In this document: positions 10,452 through 25,796 of the stretch, one piece after another
Layout: each line of letters starts with the position of its first letter
Numbering within the stretch: position 1 is the stretch's first letter
From: Lytechinus pictus
Lineage: Eukaryota
DNA length: 64,000 nucleotides
Assembly (NCBI RefSeq): GCF_037042905.1
Contig: NC_087245.1
Span: 34,038,001-34,102,000 of the forward strand
Direction: 5' to 3'
Notes under the pieces: model-generated
Databases searched by the model: none
The model's input: only the letters and a program-made list of their open reading frames with translations
Told to the model about the DNA's origin: nothing
Position numbers and translations under genes: made by a program

Positions 10452-13400
10452 CATCATCTATCTCAAATAAACCAACACTCACACGCTTATAAATGCTTCA
10501 ATTCTGTTTTATTTCTGTTCTATGAAAACAACAACAGCTTATTAACTTCTTAAAAGAAAACCATTCTTACATGTTAGAATACTGATCAGCAAATCCAGGT
10601 CCGTATCGATAACCATTCTCCAGAGGTAGACTCCCTGCCCAGTCACTATCTACCTCCTCTCCTCCCATACGTCTTTAAAAAAATATATAGTTGCTGTTAC
10701 CATATAAGTGTAGTAAATAAAAAAAAGGGTGATACAAAAGATACAACTAACATTCAACCAATAGAGTGTATGGGATCATGGCAAAATCGTACTTTCCTGC
10801 AGTGCGCAAAGCGTTAACTTTATTTTTATATCTATTAATTTAATATTTATCCATTCATTCATTTATCCATTCATTCATTCATTATTTCTCCGCTAAAGAG
10901 TAGTCTGGCCAGCTAAAAAAATAATCGAACACATAAAAAAATGCATAATAAAAAGTCATAACGAGCTCAAATAGCATAGCCCAATATGATAACGGAAAAT
11001 TACAGGACACGAATGGCAAGATATATATGAAACACCTGAAATTAAAAGAAATTATTCTACGTTAGGGCTCACTCTGTAATTGAAATAAATGTATTGTATC
11101 AAATACAATGAAGATTAGTGAGTTACATCTACAAATACGGCGTTTTAAATACACTGTCGGCTGCGCTAGATGTATGAAATCTACCGAAGATGTGAAGATG
11201 CACGGGCGCGCGGTTCTACAGGGAGATATGGATGACTGCCCCCCCCATCCCTGTGATAATTTAGTGTTTTTTTAAAGATCACTTATTGAATTAAAAGGTG
11301 AAGAAAAAGAAAAGGGAACAATATCAAATAGAAAGAAATTGCTAGGTCGTGCAACTCTATTATTACCCGTTATCCATTAAGAAGGATGACGTCACCTTAG
11401 TATTGCCTTGTAAATATATCCTGGCTTTCGCCAGGAATCTTCAACCCTTGTTTGTTATGTTGATATGCAAATGATACCACTCATCCATTGGAGGCGATCT
11501 CTGGGTATGGGGGACGTGTAAACCCCCCCTCCGATTTTCAAATTTTGAACAGCAGCCAATGGCAGAGGGGCGTCTCCCCCCCCCCCCCCCCATGAATTTA
11601 CAATTGTGTAAAAGGTTAAACAACTTGTTAGAGTGACTGCTTTAAACAGCGTGGTATTTTTTACTGTGTAGTCTGCCTATTTAAAACAACGACAATAAGC
11701 CCTTTGATAGTCTAAAATGTTAAAAAATCGTCACCTGTGCACTTACCTGAGGAGCTGTGAAGCGTCATCGTAACCGATTGGATGTATTGGAATAGATGGA
11801 AGAATATCTACAGTCTTGCTCACGTCTATGCGATATGCAGCCTCTGAACGGATGTTGCGCAGAGGTTAATTGGGAGAGAAATGCAATGTTAAATGCTAGT
11901 AGGCTATATTTAGGAGATATACACTTGACGATGGTATGTATTCTATTTTGAGTAGTAGCCGGATATCCCTTTCATTAACCCAATAAAACCTATCCTCCAA
12001 TTAGCCGCCTAAGAGTAATGCGGATAATTCAATAAAAATTGCGTTCACAAACTCCGAAAATTATCCGCATTATTTTTACGAGCGCCCGTCCTGAAAAAGG
12101 CGGATAATCGTCATGACAACTGGACACGCCCCCTCCGATGCGGTTGTGTTGGAAAAGGGTGACCTTGTGACCGCACCATGGCAATTATCCGCATTATTTG
12201 GAAATACGTTCATAAACTCAAAATCTTGTCCCGATGCCGCTATTATGCGGATAATAGCAGCATCAGAATAATGCGGATAACTCTTGTCCTCCTCTGATTT
12301 TACGACCAAATTATGCTGCTATTAGCCGCATAATTGGGTTTTATTGGGTTTATGAAAGGGGTATTAACTGTTTAATAAACAACTTTCACAATTAGTGTAC
12401 TTTTAAGTCATTGTGTCGCGATGCTCTGCACTGATTGTATTAGGTAATGTATACATTTTCACGTTCTTTTTTCTAGTCTAAGATTCATCACTAAATAATG
12501 AATATTTGTTAGAATGCTCGGTTGTACTTCGGACATGCCTAAGATTATCCATGTCGTATTTTTGTATGTGATTAATAAAGGAGAATGAAACTCTTGGAGC
12601 AAGTTAGCTTTTGTGAAAGCAGAAGAATCAAAGAATAAGATCAACAAACGTTTGAGTAAAACAGGACTAGCAATAGAAGACATATGAGCATTTGAATGTC
12701 GAGATCACTCATGCTATGGAGATCCTCCTATTGGCAATGCGACCAAGATCTATGATGTCACAGATGAACAACTCTCCCCTTTTGGACGCTGAAAATATAC
12801 CCCAAAACATCTCTTTTTGCTCATTCTAATCATATGACAAACGATTCATCAATGATATAATGTTGTGAAACCTCTGTACTTGTCCTCTCATAAAGAGAAC
12901 ACCTCACCTTGTGATAGACTCTATAAAAGTGAGAATATAAGTGAAATAAGTACTAAAGTAATGAGGGAGTTGTACGTGTGTGACATTACAGATCTTGGTC
13001 GCATTGCCAATGGGAGGATCTACATGGCATTAGTGATCTCAATATTCAAATGCTCATAACTTTCTTATTATTCATTCAATCTTCCTCAAACTTTCAACAA
13101 TATGTTTCTTTGATTTTTCTCTTTGATATGGATTCAGCTGGTTTCAAGGGTTTCATTCTCCTTTAAGTTGCCAAGTCATTATACAATAACATTAAGGTAT
13201 AAGTGATTCGGCTTGTACCGAAGTGATAGGGGACGGTACGTCGCATCGTGTTAAAGAGAACCCCATCCTTTTTCCAAACCCCAACGGTCCCTGGTTTGCT
13301 GGAAGGATGCTTGGGATTTTGTTTTTACAATCCGCCAGCTATTCTGAGTAGTTACACCGAGTTTCAATTTGTATTTAACCTTCAAACAGTTATCTTAAAC

Positions 13401-16400
13401 AGGCTATCGTCCGAATGAGTTTATGATCCCTTGGTGTACAGCCAGTTGGTCCAATATACAATCAGTCCAACATCATTCAGTCTAATAACCGTTGGTTTAA
13501 TAACCAGTTGTGAAAGTGATAGCTAAATCTTAAACAAAACTAAACTAAACAGTTAACGTACCTCAAATTTAAATTAAAAACTCGGTGAAGCTTAAAAAGG
13601 GGGTGGGGCGTATTTTACATATAAAGTCCCAGTGCATCCTTTCGGCCAAACCATGGGAGGGGGCATTGGACAAACGGTGGTGTTCTAGTCAACGCGACGT
13701 GAACTGACGCTCCAAACGCACCCTTTCGGCAAATTCAGGGGGGCTTTGTACGAAGGGAGGGCAGTGGCGTAACAGGCGGGGGGGCAGGGGGGGGGCAAGT
13801 TGCCCCCCCTGGCGGATTTCACCGGGAAAAAAAAAGAAAAACGGGAAAAAGAAAAAAAAAAGGGAGAAAGCAAGGGAAAGGGGAAGGAAAGGGGAAAAGG
13901 AAAGGAGGAAAAGGAAAGGGAAAAGTAAAAAGAAAACGAAGAAAAAACTTTTTTTAAATGGAAAAGGAAGAAAAGCGAGAAAATGTACGAAAGAAGAACA
14001 TCTGAGAAAGAGCAAATCATTCCGAAATAGGCCTATGTAATGCAATAGCACAGTGGGAAATAAATCAAAAGATGACAAAATGGCAAACAATTGCGGGAAA
14101 CAAAGGTAGAATGTAATTAGTCAAAAGCTAATGGACTGCATACAACATTGTGCTTCAAGCTTGCTAAATGCGGGGCTAAATTTTATGCAAATAATCTACC
14201 GGGGCTTTACCCCACACCCCACGCAGTAGGGGCTTTTCATTTATATCCTTCAAATGGCTCTATAACGCCCCCCCCCCCCCCCCCCCATTCAATCACTGGT
14301 AGACAGGCGGGGGGGAGGTCTTGGTTCCACACCCAAGAGGAAATAAAATAAATTATATGAGACAACGTATAATGAAATGAATGGAAACAATAAAAGGTGT
14401 TATTTGCTGAATATAATGGAAAAATATATCACATAATTAGAATTTAATTTCAATAGGCATTTTTTTTCCCAGCTCGCTTTGCACGCTGGCGACTTTTTAC
14501 AAATTTTTCCCACATTGCAATGTTTTGCTCCCTCAAAATATATGGGTCATTACGCAACTGGGTTGAATAAATGTGTTGTGTAAAATTAAGCTATATTCTG
14601 TATATGCCCGCGATTTGATTAAAATAGCGGCAATCTGCGAGGTTTGAATGGCTTTGATATCAAAAAGTTCCGGGGGCTCCGCCCCGGACCCCAGCCGCAC
14701 AGCACAGCGTATGGAAGGGTTGGGCCATGGCTTCAAAAAGTCCTACAAACAAGAACAACAAAAAAGGGGGAAAGAAAAGCAAAGGAAACTATGAAAGTGT
14801 AGGATATGATTTTATTTACTGAATAAAAAATAGCTCAAAGTTAGATTCTCAGGAAAAGGTGATTTTTTTCTCGCTCGCTTCGCCCGCTCGGGACTTATAT
14901 AAAGCAGCTTTTTAGCACATGTGCTATAATGCGCCCTTCGGTTTTTTTTTTTTTACTCTTCACGCTACTGCCGCACAGAATCCTGTTCACAGTGGCGTAC
15001 AGACCACAAAAAGGGAATCTAAAGAGAGAAGAGTGAAATATATTATTCTCTGGATATCATGTCAAAATCTATCACAAAATTGGAGTTTTTTATTAAAAAG
15101 GTCAAAATTTTTGCTCGCTCGCTTCGCTCGCTCGCAACTTTTTTTTTATAGATAAATTCTGCCTGATACGCAATATCTGGCCTTCTCAAAATAGTCGCCT
15201 CGTTACACCATTACCCCTGTTCATACCATGATATGACCGGGAAATTTTTGGCTCTTGCCCCCCCTGGCCACTGACCCCTGTTACGCCGCTGAGGGAGGGG
15301 TCCCCTTACTGCGACGCGATGCGCCGTCACCCACCCTTGAAGTACAAGCCGAACGTACTTGGGCCATTATTCAACTCCCGAAAATGTTTTGTAATCTGAT
15401 TGGTCCAAATCGCATCACATGATATTCAGCGAATTGCTCTATGTCTATAGCACCCAAAATGCTCTATCCTGCACTATGATGTCATACTAAATAAAAATAT
15501 CCTGCACTCTGACGTCATGCCTAGTGCACTAGCCTGCACCCTGACGTCAGAGTGCAGGATAGTGCGAGGTCTGGAATTATCTGGAACTATCCGTATAGAA
15601 TGTAGATTCAATACAGCATTCGGGGCAACTCAGTAACATTAGGGAGAGGGCTGTATACAACAAACAATGCACGCATTCGTGTGCATAGAGGACCTAAATA
15701 ATGAACTCTGTGCTTGACTCGCCAAATGCATATTCCGCACTCGGTCCTGCGGACCTCGGTGCTCTTCTCGCACATCGTTCATTATGTGGCCTTGCATGCA
15801 CGCGCCGACGTGCATTATTTGTACATTACTAAACGGGCAATAATCTTAAAAGACACATTCATATTTATACGTTACGTTCATTTTCAAGGCTCAGCCCTCA
15901 AAATCTTTGTTGTTATTTGGTTAACTAGCGGAAATTTATCATGGAAATTTGTTCGATTTTTCACAATACAAGATCCCTAAAATCCACCCCGGTTCTCTTT
16001 CTGCAAACGTGTTATCTCCTTGGAACGATCAAAGCCATTGGTGTCTGTTTACCAGACATGGAACGGAATTTAAAAATGAATCCAACCAGCGCTGGTCTAT
16101 CACTTGGTATATTCGATGCCTTTGCATTTGGCCCCGGTAAGCATAATATACATGTATACGGTATATAATCCTAAATTGTTAATTCCTGTGGGGGGGGGGG
16201 ATCAGCAGAGTACCGGCAGCAAGATAAAGTTCTGGGTCTGGTTTCATAGAGACTTACATCTATTAACGTTGCCATCTAATTATAACTGCCATCGAAACCT
16301 GGATTGTGATTGGCTGCTGAGCCTTGCCACCATCCATGGTAGTTGCCATTCTTGTTATTATTATTATTAATTCTTTAAAATTGTTTTAACAGTCTTCCAA

Positions 16401-19400
16401 TTCATGTCCAAACTTGCCTCACATTTCAATCTTTTAAAAGACAATGCATACCCACACATTTTAATACCCTTTTAAACAAGTAATTTTCAAACTTCAAACA
16501 GCCAAAATTTCCACAATGGTGGTGGGGGGGGGGTCTGTGCAATTAGAGAATTGTCTTGTTTTTATTTTAATTGTTATTTTATCTGTACTAATAAATTGTA
16601 GTATTATTTGATTGTTTTTTTTTCTTCATTTTTTATACTCTTTAATTTTCATGCCAGTAGCATTGTGTGCCAGTGATCATTATCGCCTATCTTATATAGT
16701 TTGCCATTTTATTGTTACATTTCGATCACTCTATGTATAAACTATGTATTGTTAATTTGATATGTATGCTTCTGAATTTCATTTCTTTTATATTGCATGT
16801 AGTTTTTCTTTTTAATTAATTCTGTAATTGTTCGCCACCTTATTATAATTGTTATATGTATTTTTATATGTACAGTTTTTATGTACTGAAGAGACCACCC
16901 TATCTAAAGAAAACAGAAATGAATAAATAAATAAATAAACAAATAAGTAAATCAATAAATCAATAATGTCCAAGGTATCATAGCTTTAACTCTTAATGTA
17001 ACTGGGCCCTGGTCATCATACTTATAACTCATATAAATCAAGAAAAACCTTTCACTGACTCTGCTTCTGCTCTTCTTTCTTCCCTTTCCTTCTCTTGTTT
17101 TTCTCCTCTTTATTTTCTTACAACACAATTTTAATTCATCTGCTATAATCAAACCATCAGGACCACATTCATATAGGCGTTGTTGTCATTGCACATGAGG
17201 TGTATATTAATTCCAAGTACATATTAAATTTTAATAGAAATTACTGTACATACCTTATTTTCAGACACGTTCCACGTCAATGTATCAATTTTCATCGGTG
17301 TTTAGTGAAAAAAGTTTAGTGAAAAATCAATGTTTAGTGAAAAAATGATAAATATGTCTATTGAGATAGTTGGTATTCCGGGTTGACTGGTAGTCGTTCT
17401 CTCTTTTTATTTAAATTTACTGTATATAATTTCTATGTTTTTTCATGTTTTAAATTCAAAATTCAAAATCACAAAGCTGATTATTATATGATTATAATTC
17501 ACAAGGACACCAATAATCCTTTTTTACATGTTTGTATAACTTTGATATCTGTAATTATTGTTTATTATTTTATCATGTCTTGTTTAGTACATGCACAGCA
17601 AAAACTGTGGTCTTAACCGGTGTACATAGAGGACCACACCAGTTATGTTACACCGGTGTTAAATTGGTGGTGTTAGTTTTACACCTATATTATTACAACA
17701 CCTATGGTTGTTACATTTACACTCTTTGGTGTTATGTTCAATCTCTAGGTTGTTATTTTGACACCTCAGGGTGTGGTCCTCTATTAACACCAATTGGTGT
17801 CAGTTTTAACACCACAGTTTTTACAGTGTGCCTATTGCTTTTGAAAGAACACCAAGTTGGTGATATAGGCCACCCTGTATAAATATCAGAANNNNNNNNN
17901 NNNNNNNNNNNNNNNNNNNNNNNNNNNNNNNNNNNNNNNNNNNNNNNNNNNNNNNNNNNNNNNNNNNNNNNNNNNNNNNNNNNNNNNNNNNNNNNNNNNN
18001 NNNNNNNNNNNNNNNNNNNNNNNNNNNNNNNNNNNNNNNNNNNNNNNNNNNNNNNNNNNNNNNNNNNNNNNNNNNNNNNNNNNNNNNNNNNNNNNNNNNN
18101 NNNNNNNNNNNNNNNNNNNNNNNNNNNNNNNNNNNNNNNNNNNNNNNNNNNNNNNNNNNNNNNAGCGGGTCGTTTCTGCAGCCAAATGATCTCCTAAATA
18201 TTAGATTGGCAAACTTCACCTCCGAATCAAAGAGGCATACAAAACCATTGAAGGGGCGCAGCATAATTTTTTGATCTCGTGAATTATGTATTGTCAAAAG
18301 TCTTATTCAATGCTCACCGTTGTTATGATTCGCATTCCAATGCGTTCATGCGACATGATATGTATTGCCTATTATATTATATTTCTAAACATGTTCAATT
18401 AACGTTGATTTCACAGAGCCACTGATGCACCTCGGCCGCGGGATGCGATTTACATTTGTTTGGGTGCATGATAATTGGCAAATACACGGCGTGAATAACT
18501 TGGGTGTCTAATATCGGACTGCGAAATCATGCATCATATAGCCTCAGGCCGGGTGCTTTGTTAACGTAAAGTTAACATTCATCTTGGGAAAACATATCTA
18601 GATCAATTGAACACTGCAGGAGCGGCGATCCTGGGGGGCACAGTGCCCCTCCCCCCCCCCCCCCACTTTTTGAAGCACTGAAAAAGTGCCCTTTTTACCT
18701 GAGGAGGACCCGTTTTAAGTGTTACCAAGTGTCCTTTCTCGCATTAGTGCCAATTTTTGTTAAGAAAAAATTTCACCCTCGATCGTGTTCTGTGCCCCTC
18801 TCACATGAGAAGGACCCGTTCTATGTGTAAGCAAGTGCCCCCTTCCCTTTTGTATGTGCTCTTTCTCGAATCAGTGCCCCTTTTTACCCAATAAAGGCAC
18901 CCCTAATAATTATTACTGATTACCGTTATGTCCATGTTTTATGCCAGGGATCCCTTTACTTTCAAAGTTATTATACCATTTCAACACTTAAGAATGATGA
19001 AGATTTCACTGTTGATACTACAACATAGTCTGTTATTTGACACTAAAATGATCTATGACATTGATCATAATGGCCAGAAACTCATGCAAGGCGATCATTG
19101 ATACTTGGTTACTCTATATGTCCAAGTTTCATGAATTAGATCCATAAACTTTTAGAGTCATGATGACATTTCAAAAAAACTTAATCTTGGGTAAGAATGT
19201 CGCCCACGACGCCGCAGCAACAATAGAAGAAGCGGCGCCTATACAGTGCGTATCAAAAAAAGTTTACACTTAGAAAATATCCTGTAAAATTATACATTTG
19301 TAATATCCTGAAGTTTTTTCACATTCTAACATTGTACAGATCCATTTAAGCAAATGACGATATAACTGTCGAAAAATATTTCCGCTTGAGTGAGCACCAC

Positions 19401-22400
19401 TTACTTTTGAAAAGTTAGTGAAAAAAAATTTGCGCAGAACTTTGAAATAGTTATGCGAATAAAAGTAGACCTTAATCATGAAGAACACGTGGAATTTAGC
19501 TATTAACATTGATTTGAAGATATCTTTTACCTTTTTAACTTGTTTCTTTGTCCAAAACACTTCGAAGAGTGCGTTGCGCCCCACCCCACTTCCCCACACA
19601 CCGAGGCCATCGTGACGATATTTGCTTTACTGAGTGGAACAAGATATGTATGAGGAAGGTTAGAAAATATTGAATTACACTAATCTAGGTGACAGGAAAC
19701 GAATGCATGTGTTACCCCCTGTTCAGACTGTCCCCCGTCACCCGGGAAAAACCCCGGGGAATCCCCCGGTACCCGGGACATCCCCGGAAAATCAACAGTC
19801 TGGACGGTCTGGAGGATTGTCCCCCGTCTCCCGGTTCTATCCCCCGGGTTTTTCGAAGGAAGAGCCAAGGATTACCTTGGCTCGTAATCCGAGATCGCGC
19901 ACCTGTTTTAATCATAAGTGCGCATGCGCGAAATGCGGTGTAAAGAGAACTGCTTCCGCTCAGTACTGTGCTAGTGCCATAGAGATATTAGTATACATCT
20001 ATATGGCTAGTGCTCGGCCAGCTGCAAGTAATTGCATTTCCCGCGCTATCATGTGCGGGCGCGCCTTACGTAACCATGCCGATGACCTAGCCCACTCATC
20101 CCCCGGTGCAAATCTCCCGGGCACCGGGGGATGTATGGACGGTCGGTCGTCTCCCCCTTCCCCCGGGTGACGGTCTGAACAGTCTGAACGGCCTGCTACT
20201 TTGGCAGTTGTGGGTCGGTCAAGTAGTTTCCTAATCCTTCCAATTTTAAAAATACCATATGTCGTAGACCTGCAAATTTGCTTGATATAATCTTGAAGTG
20301 TAAGATTGTTGTCAATCATTACAACAAGGTCACGTTCACACTCACTGCCTTTCAGGGAAACATTATCAGTAGATAAGTCAGGGAATGGAGTAGTGAATTT
20401 TGAGGATATGTGTATAATCTCAGATTTCGTTCATTAAGGCAGAGTTTGTTATTCTCAGACCAAATTTTAATGTCTTCAAGGCAGCTATGGAGTTTTGGGG
20501 CTGCTTCAGCCTTCACATTGGGTTTTAGAGCAACATAAATTTGTGTGTCGTCAGCGTACATTACATGCTAAACACCTTGGTGAGAATCTATGAGTTTGGA
20601 CAGTCGACTGGTATAAAGAATAAAAAGGAGTGGGCCGACTACGGAACCATGCGGAACGCCGCAAGGGGAATGATTCAGAAAGCGTATCATTAATAATGAC
20701 TTGTTGGGACTGACAATGAAGATATAAGTGGATCCATTCCAAGACAGTTCCAGTGATGGAGAATTCGCCTTCTGAAGGCGATTGAGTAGCAGACTGTGAT
20801 CAATAGTAATAATAATAATTTATAATAGCTGGATTTATAAAGTGCTTTTTGCCTGAGGATACAAAGCGCTGCTATTATTACCCCGGCTTTAGCTCGAGCT
20901 ACCATCACCGGCGCTCAGTGCATGCAAGGAATTACTCCTGCCGGGTACCAATTTACCTCACCTGGGTCGAGTGCAGCACAGTGTGGATAAATTTCTTGCT
21001 GAAGGAAAACACGCCATGGCTAGGATTCTAACTCACGACCCTCTGTTTCAAAGGCGAGAGTCAGAACCACTAGACCACGACGACCCCACAAGACCACGAC
21101 GCCCCCTTAGTGTTAAAAGCGGCTGTGTAGTCAAAAAGGACCAATGTTATTTCGTCGCCCTTGTCCACAGTCAGCAGAAAATCGTTGAAAAGTTTGACCA
21201 ACGCAGTCTCTGTCGCATCTGCTGGGAGTTTTGGCGCTTGCTAAAAAAAATAGGAACTGTTTCACAAATTTCAATGTCTTCAAACAGTGCTTGGAATCAC
21301 AATTCAGTTCAAAAATTGTCCTAGTAGTATTACGGTAATGTTTTTCTTGCAATGATGTTGGAGTAGAAAGAGAAAGGTCTTCAGGTAAGACTTAAAGGTA
21401 GATAGTTGGCTTCTGCTGAGATAAGAGCTATGTAGGTTAGAGATTTATCGTTCAGTGCGTTAAATACGAGAACGCCAAGTTTATAGGCAATTCTCCATTG
21501 CCTTTGATCTGTCTTAAACTGACCTCAGTTTGAGATGAGTTGGCGGTAGATCTGTGTATCATATCTGTGTATCATATCATATCAATGGTACTGGGTTCCA
21601 TGACTCTCGATGATGTGAGATATTGGTGAAGTGTACATATAAATGCAGAACAACTGCGGGCCGAAGACAGAGCCTTGAGGAACACCATACTTCGGCGTTG
21701 ATCTGGCACGTCAACAGAAACATAGCACATCCTTTCTGTCAGGTATGATCGGAACCACTGTGGTGCAACTCCTCTGATTCCATATTGGTCACTAAGTCGA
21801 TAGTGAAGAAAGTCAGGGTCCGCAGTGTCGAAGGCTGCTGAATGATCCAATAGGACTAGGAGAGATATCTTAGTTTGATCCATGACAGACAGGAGATCAC
21901 TATGGACAGCTGTCTCGACACTATGTTTGGCACGATAGGCGGACTGAAATGTATCATGAAGAGAATTATCTGTGATGTAGGAACTCAGCTGGTTCATCAC
22001 GACGCGTTCGAGTGTCTTGCTCAAGAAGTTGAGGGTGGAGATCGGACGATCGTTGCTCATGGATCAAGTTTCGACATCTTCAGCACTGGATGAACTTGAG
22101 CAACTTTCAAAACTTCTGAGACTTCTCCAGATTGTAGAGAGTGTAATGATTGATGTCACAAAAGTGATCAAAGGTTGAAGAAGAACAGGATTTGGGGATT
22201 ACAGTAGGGACCGGATCAAGATCACATGATTTGGGTGTTGAAGACTCTACAATGAGTCGTATCTCATCCTCTTTAAAAACCGACAAGTTACTAGGAGGTG
22301 ACGGTGCTCCAACAGAGGGAAGGCTTAGGCCGGGGGGCTGAAGTCATCAGCATTCTGGCATCTTTGGCGGATCTTCGAAATCTTTTCATCAAAGAATTTA

Positions 22401-25400
22401 CAATTTTTTTTGGATAGCTGTTCCTATGACTATTGCTGTTTGAGAGGAGACTAATTGCTCTTGGGGTGAAGGACTTTATCAGCAGTACTGAAGAACCATC
22501 TCTGGTCTTTTTCATGTTCAGTGAAGAGGTAATTGTAGAATGACCTAATTGACGAACGAATCAATTGAACTTCTGCTTCTGAGATGGATACATCTGCCAA
22601 TGAATCTCAAGTTCAGCGTTTCTCCACAAGCGACGTCTTTTCTGCATTGCAATATGAATGCTGCTCTTAAACCACGAGGTATGGAGTCTCAGTACCACTG
22701 TAGGTATCTTCGTTGGGGCGTGATTATTGAAATATTTTCAATGATGGTGTCAGGGGGCCAGACATTGGGCTATATTTTTGACAAGTTGCGAGCGAGGGAA
22801 GCAAGCATGAAAATATATTTTCTTATACGAAAATCTGAAATTTCTGATCGATTGCCTTATTTCACCCTCTCCCATTTCCTGTTCTTTCTTCTTCTTTTCT
22901 TTGTAATTTTTTGGGGGGTGGGGGCATAGCCCCCAAGGCCGCTCCCCCCCCCCCCCCCTCTGCATCTAGTGTTTGATGGAGACCCATTGAAACCATATGC
23001 TGATTTTGGTGCTCACAGCTTTTTGAAACATTACTTCCTGCCGCCCAGTACACATTTCTTCTGTTTCAAAGGCCGGTAAGCCACTAGACTACATTATGCA
23101 CCAACCTGCCCCATGAGATGTTGAAACAGTATTATTTTCGATGGGCAGCGACGGAATGCATTGGACAAGATCATATGTATGGACAGTACACACTTTCGTA
23201 CTGTTGTCAATTACAATGAGGTCAACGCCGTGCTATGCCATCCGGAGAAGCTACACCAGATGCCTTCATTCTGCCAACCCATGTGTCATGATCTTCCTGG
23301 GGCCCGTTGCAGAAAGAGTTGCAATCAATCGCAACTATAAAAATCATGCGAACTTGACACACCCATGATAATTTTTTTCTGGGGTGGGGGAAAAAGTTAA
23401 TGCTATACGAAAGTAGTTTTCAAGGCAATTCTTAATTTTCCTTCAATTTACAGGCCCAGCTGTGACGTACCTATATCAGCGACTCCATGGGACCAAACGA
23501 AGATATCTTGTGGTGGCAGGTGCATTGTTCGCAACGGGAGGACTCCTTCTCGTATCAACAGTTAATAATGCTTTTCAGTTAGCTCTCTGCCTTTCGGCTG
23601 CCGGTATGTTTACTATGCTTAATAAAATGGTGTATAATTTACCACAATCTAATCCGCGCTATCAATGTCTAGAAGCATGGGAATAATATTTATAAGATAA
23701 TAATATTTTAAGACTACACCTTTGAATGTCTCACGGCGGGCGAGCGCGGTATTTACACCCTTTCAGAATTTGCTTCTTTGGTGTTAGGTCAAAGTATTTT
23801 TCATCTGTTTTTCTCTTCTTTTTTTGCGCCCCGAAGTTGTGACCCATATCACGTGATCAATTATAAACAATGCCATACGATGCGAACCATAGAGCGCAAT
23901 GATAATAAATGGCGTAACTCAAACTTCTATGATCAAATTGATCTTCTGAAGCGAGGCTATGTAAACTGACTGTGGCAAGAGACATAACTTGTTCAATCAT
24001 TTTGGGGGCGGATAATAATAATTATATTGGATATCTTTATTTCGTGGAAAACCAGACATATTCCACTCGATAGGACTTTGATTCGTAAAATATTAACTCT
24101 CGCTTTCTAAATATCTCTGGTATTCTATTCTGAGTTTAGGCTAGTTGTCTCATTGTGTGTGTATTTTTTGGCAGGTCTAGGTTCCAACATCCTGTCAATT
24201 TCTATGGTAATAAACCTGAGCAACCAGTCTGGCGATGACTTTGGAATCTTCTACGGCATTGGTACATCAGGATATGCCTTCGGCATGGCCCTTGTGCCAC
24301 TGCTGGCTGATTACCTGAGGGACATCTATGGTTGGAGGGGTTCCTTGATGATCATTGGAGGTATCATGGTGCATCTGATACCACTGACCTTGATAGTGGA
24401 CTTCAAGGAAGTGAACGACGGAATGATTGATCATGAAATCCCACATAGCCATGATCGGAGGACGGACGAGCTCTTGGATACAAACGGCGAAGAAGCGACG
24501 TGTGGAGATTCGAGATATCAGACAGCATCGCGTCGTCAATTGGATAGGGAGCCAGCAAACAACGTTTGTAACAACGTTCGGCCAATAAGTGATAAAAGTC
24601 GAGATGGAAGCACGAGCTACAAGCAGGAAGACATCAACGAAGAGGCACACGAGGAAACATCTATGATGCTGGAATCCACTTCTGTACAGCAGATTATTTC
24701 AATAGGTGATAAGTCGGGGGCCGGTCTCCACGTCATTGGTCGAATAGATTGTTCCAAATTGTACGTTGCCGGATGCCAAATCTTTACCGACTCTATTTAC
24801 AATCAGGATCGTTGGATGATCCTTCTAATGCTAGTTGCCATGGTGTACGCCATAATGAACGGTGGCTGGTACTCCTTTCTCATCCCACGCGCGGTGGCAC
24901 TAGGTATTCCTACCTCAAAGGCATTGTGTATAGCTTACTCGGCGGCCACCGCAGCCTTTATAGGACGCTGCTTCAGCGGATTACTTTTGACAAATAAACG
25001 ATTATCAGGGCAATTCTTGTTTCTTTTCCTGACTTTTCTCAACATAACGTCACTTCTTGTGGATATCTGTGTCCCTAGTTTTGCGATAAAGATCGTGACT
25101 TCTTTTACAACGTCACTCACGATTGCCGAGAGGAACATTCTGGTATTGTTCATTTGCAAGGATCGGGCTCCCCACTCCCAGTTTCCGGTCATACTTGCTT
25201 CTTATGAGATTGTGTATGGGGTAGGAACTTTCCTCGGATCTTACTTATGTGGTAAGATATCCCTCTCGTATTCTTTACATCGATATTTAAGAAATGAATG
25301 GATATCGTCGTATGCTTTCGCATACATTAGATACAGGAAAAGAACTCCATGACACAAATAACAATATATGGGGCCATACCAAAACGTAAGAAACAACACG

Positions 25401-25747
25401 CACCAAGTACACGCACGAGCAAAAAAGTATGGAACTTTGTGCACGCTTGACCTTTTGGGTACTTTTATTGTTTCTTGTGGCCTCAAAAGAGTTCGTTGTA
25501 GCTCTATCCATTTGTTTCATATCGATGGTTTTATACAACAGACACACGCGATCAGGGGCGTCGATCCATTTTTCAGATTGGGGGGGGGGGGCAAATCATG
25601 AATCAACGTTCCAAAGGCGTACAAAACACCCACCCACATAGGCATATATATTTATATATATCTTAAACATCTTAAAGTTTCACGTATTGGCTTCTGTAAG
25701 GTAACAAAATAATGCTGAAGATAATGCTTTCATTGCCAATAAAGTTT

Positions 25748-25796
<49 letters not shown>

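Noticed and set aside
19242-19600. Complete Tc1/mariner element starting TA-CAGTGCGTATCAAAAAAAG
   Set aside because: Only one end found and no transposase
19670-20170. 166-aa Pro/Gly-rich ORF
   Set aside because: Lies within a GC-rich palindromic MITE; ORFs in several frames on both strands are compositional
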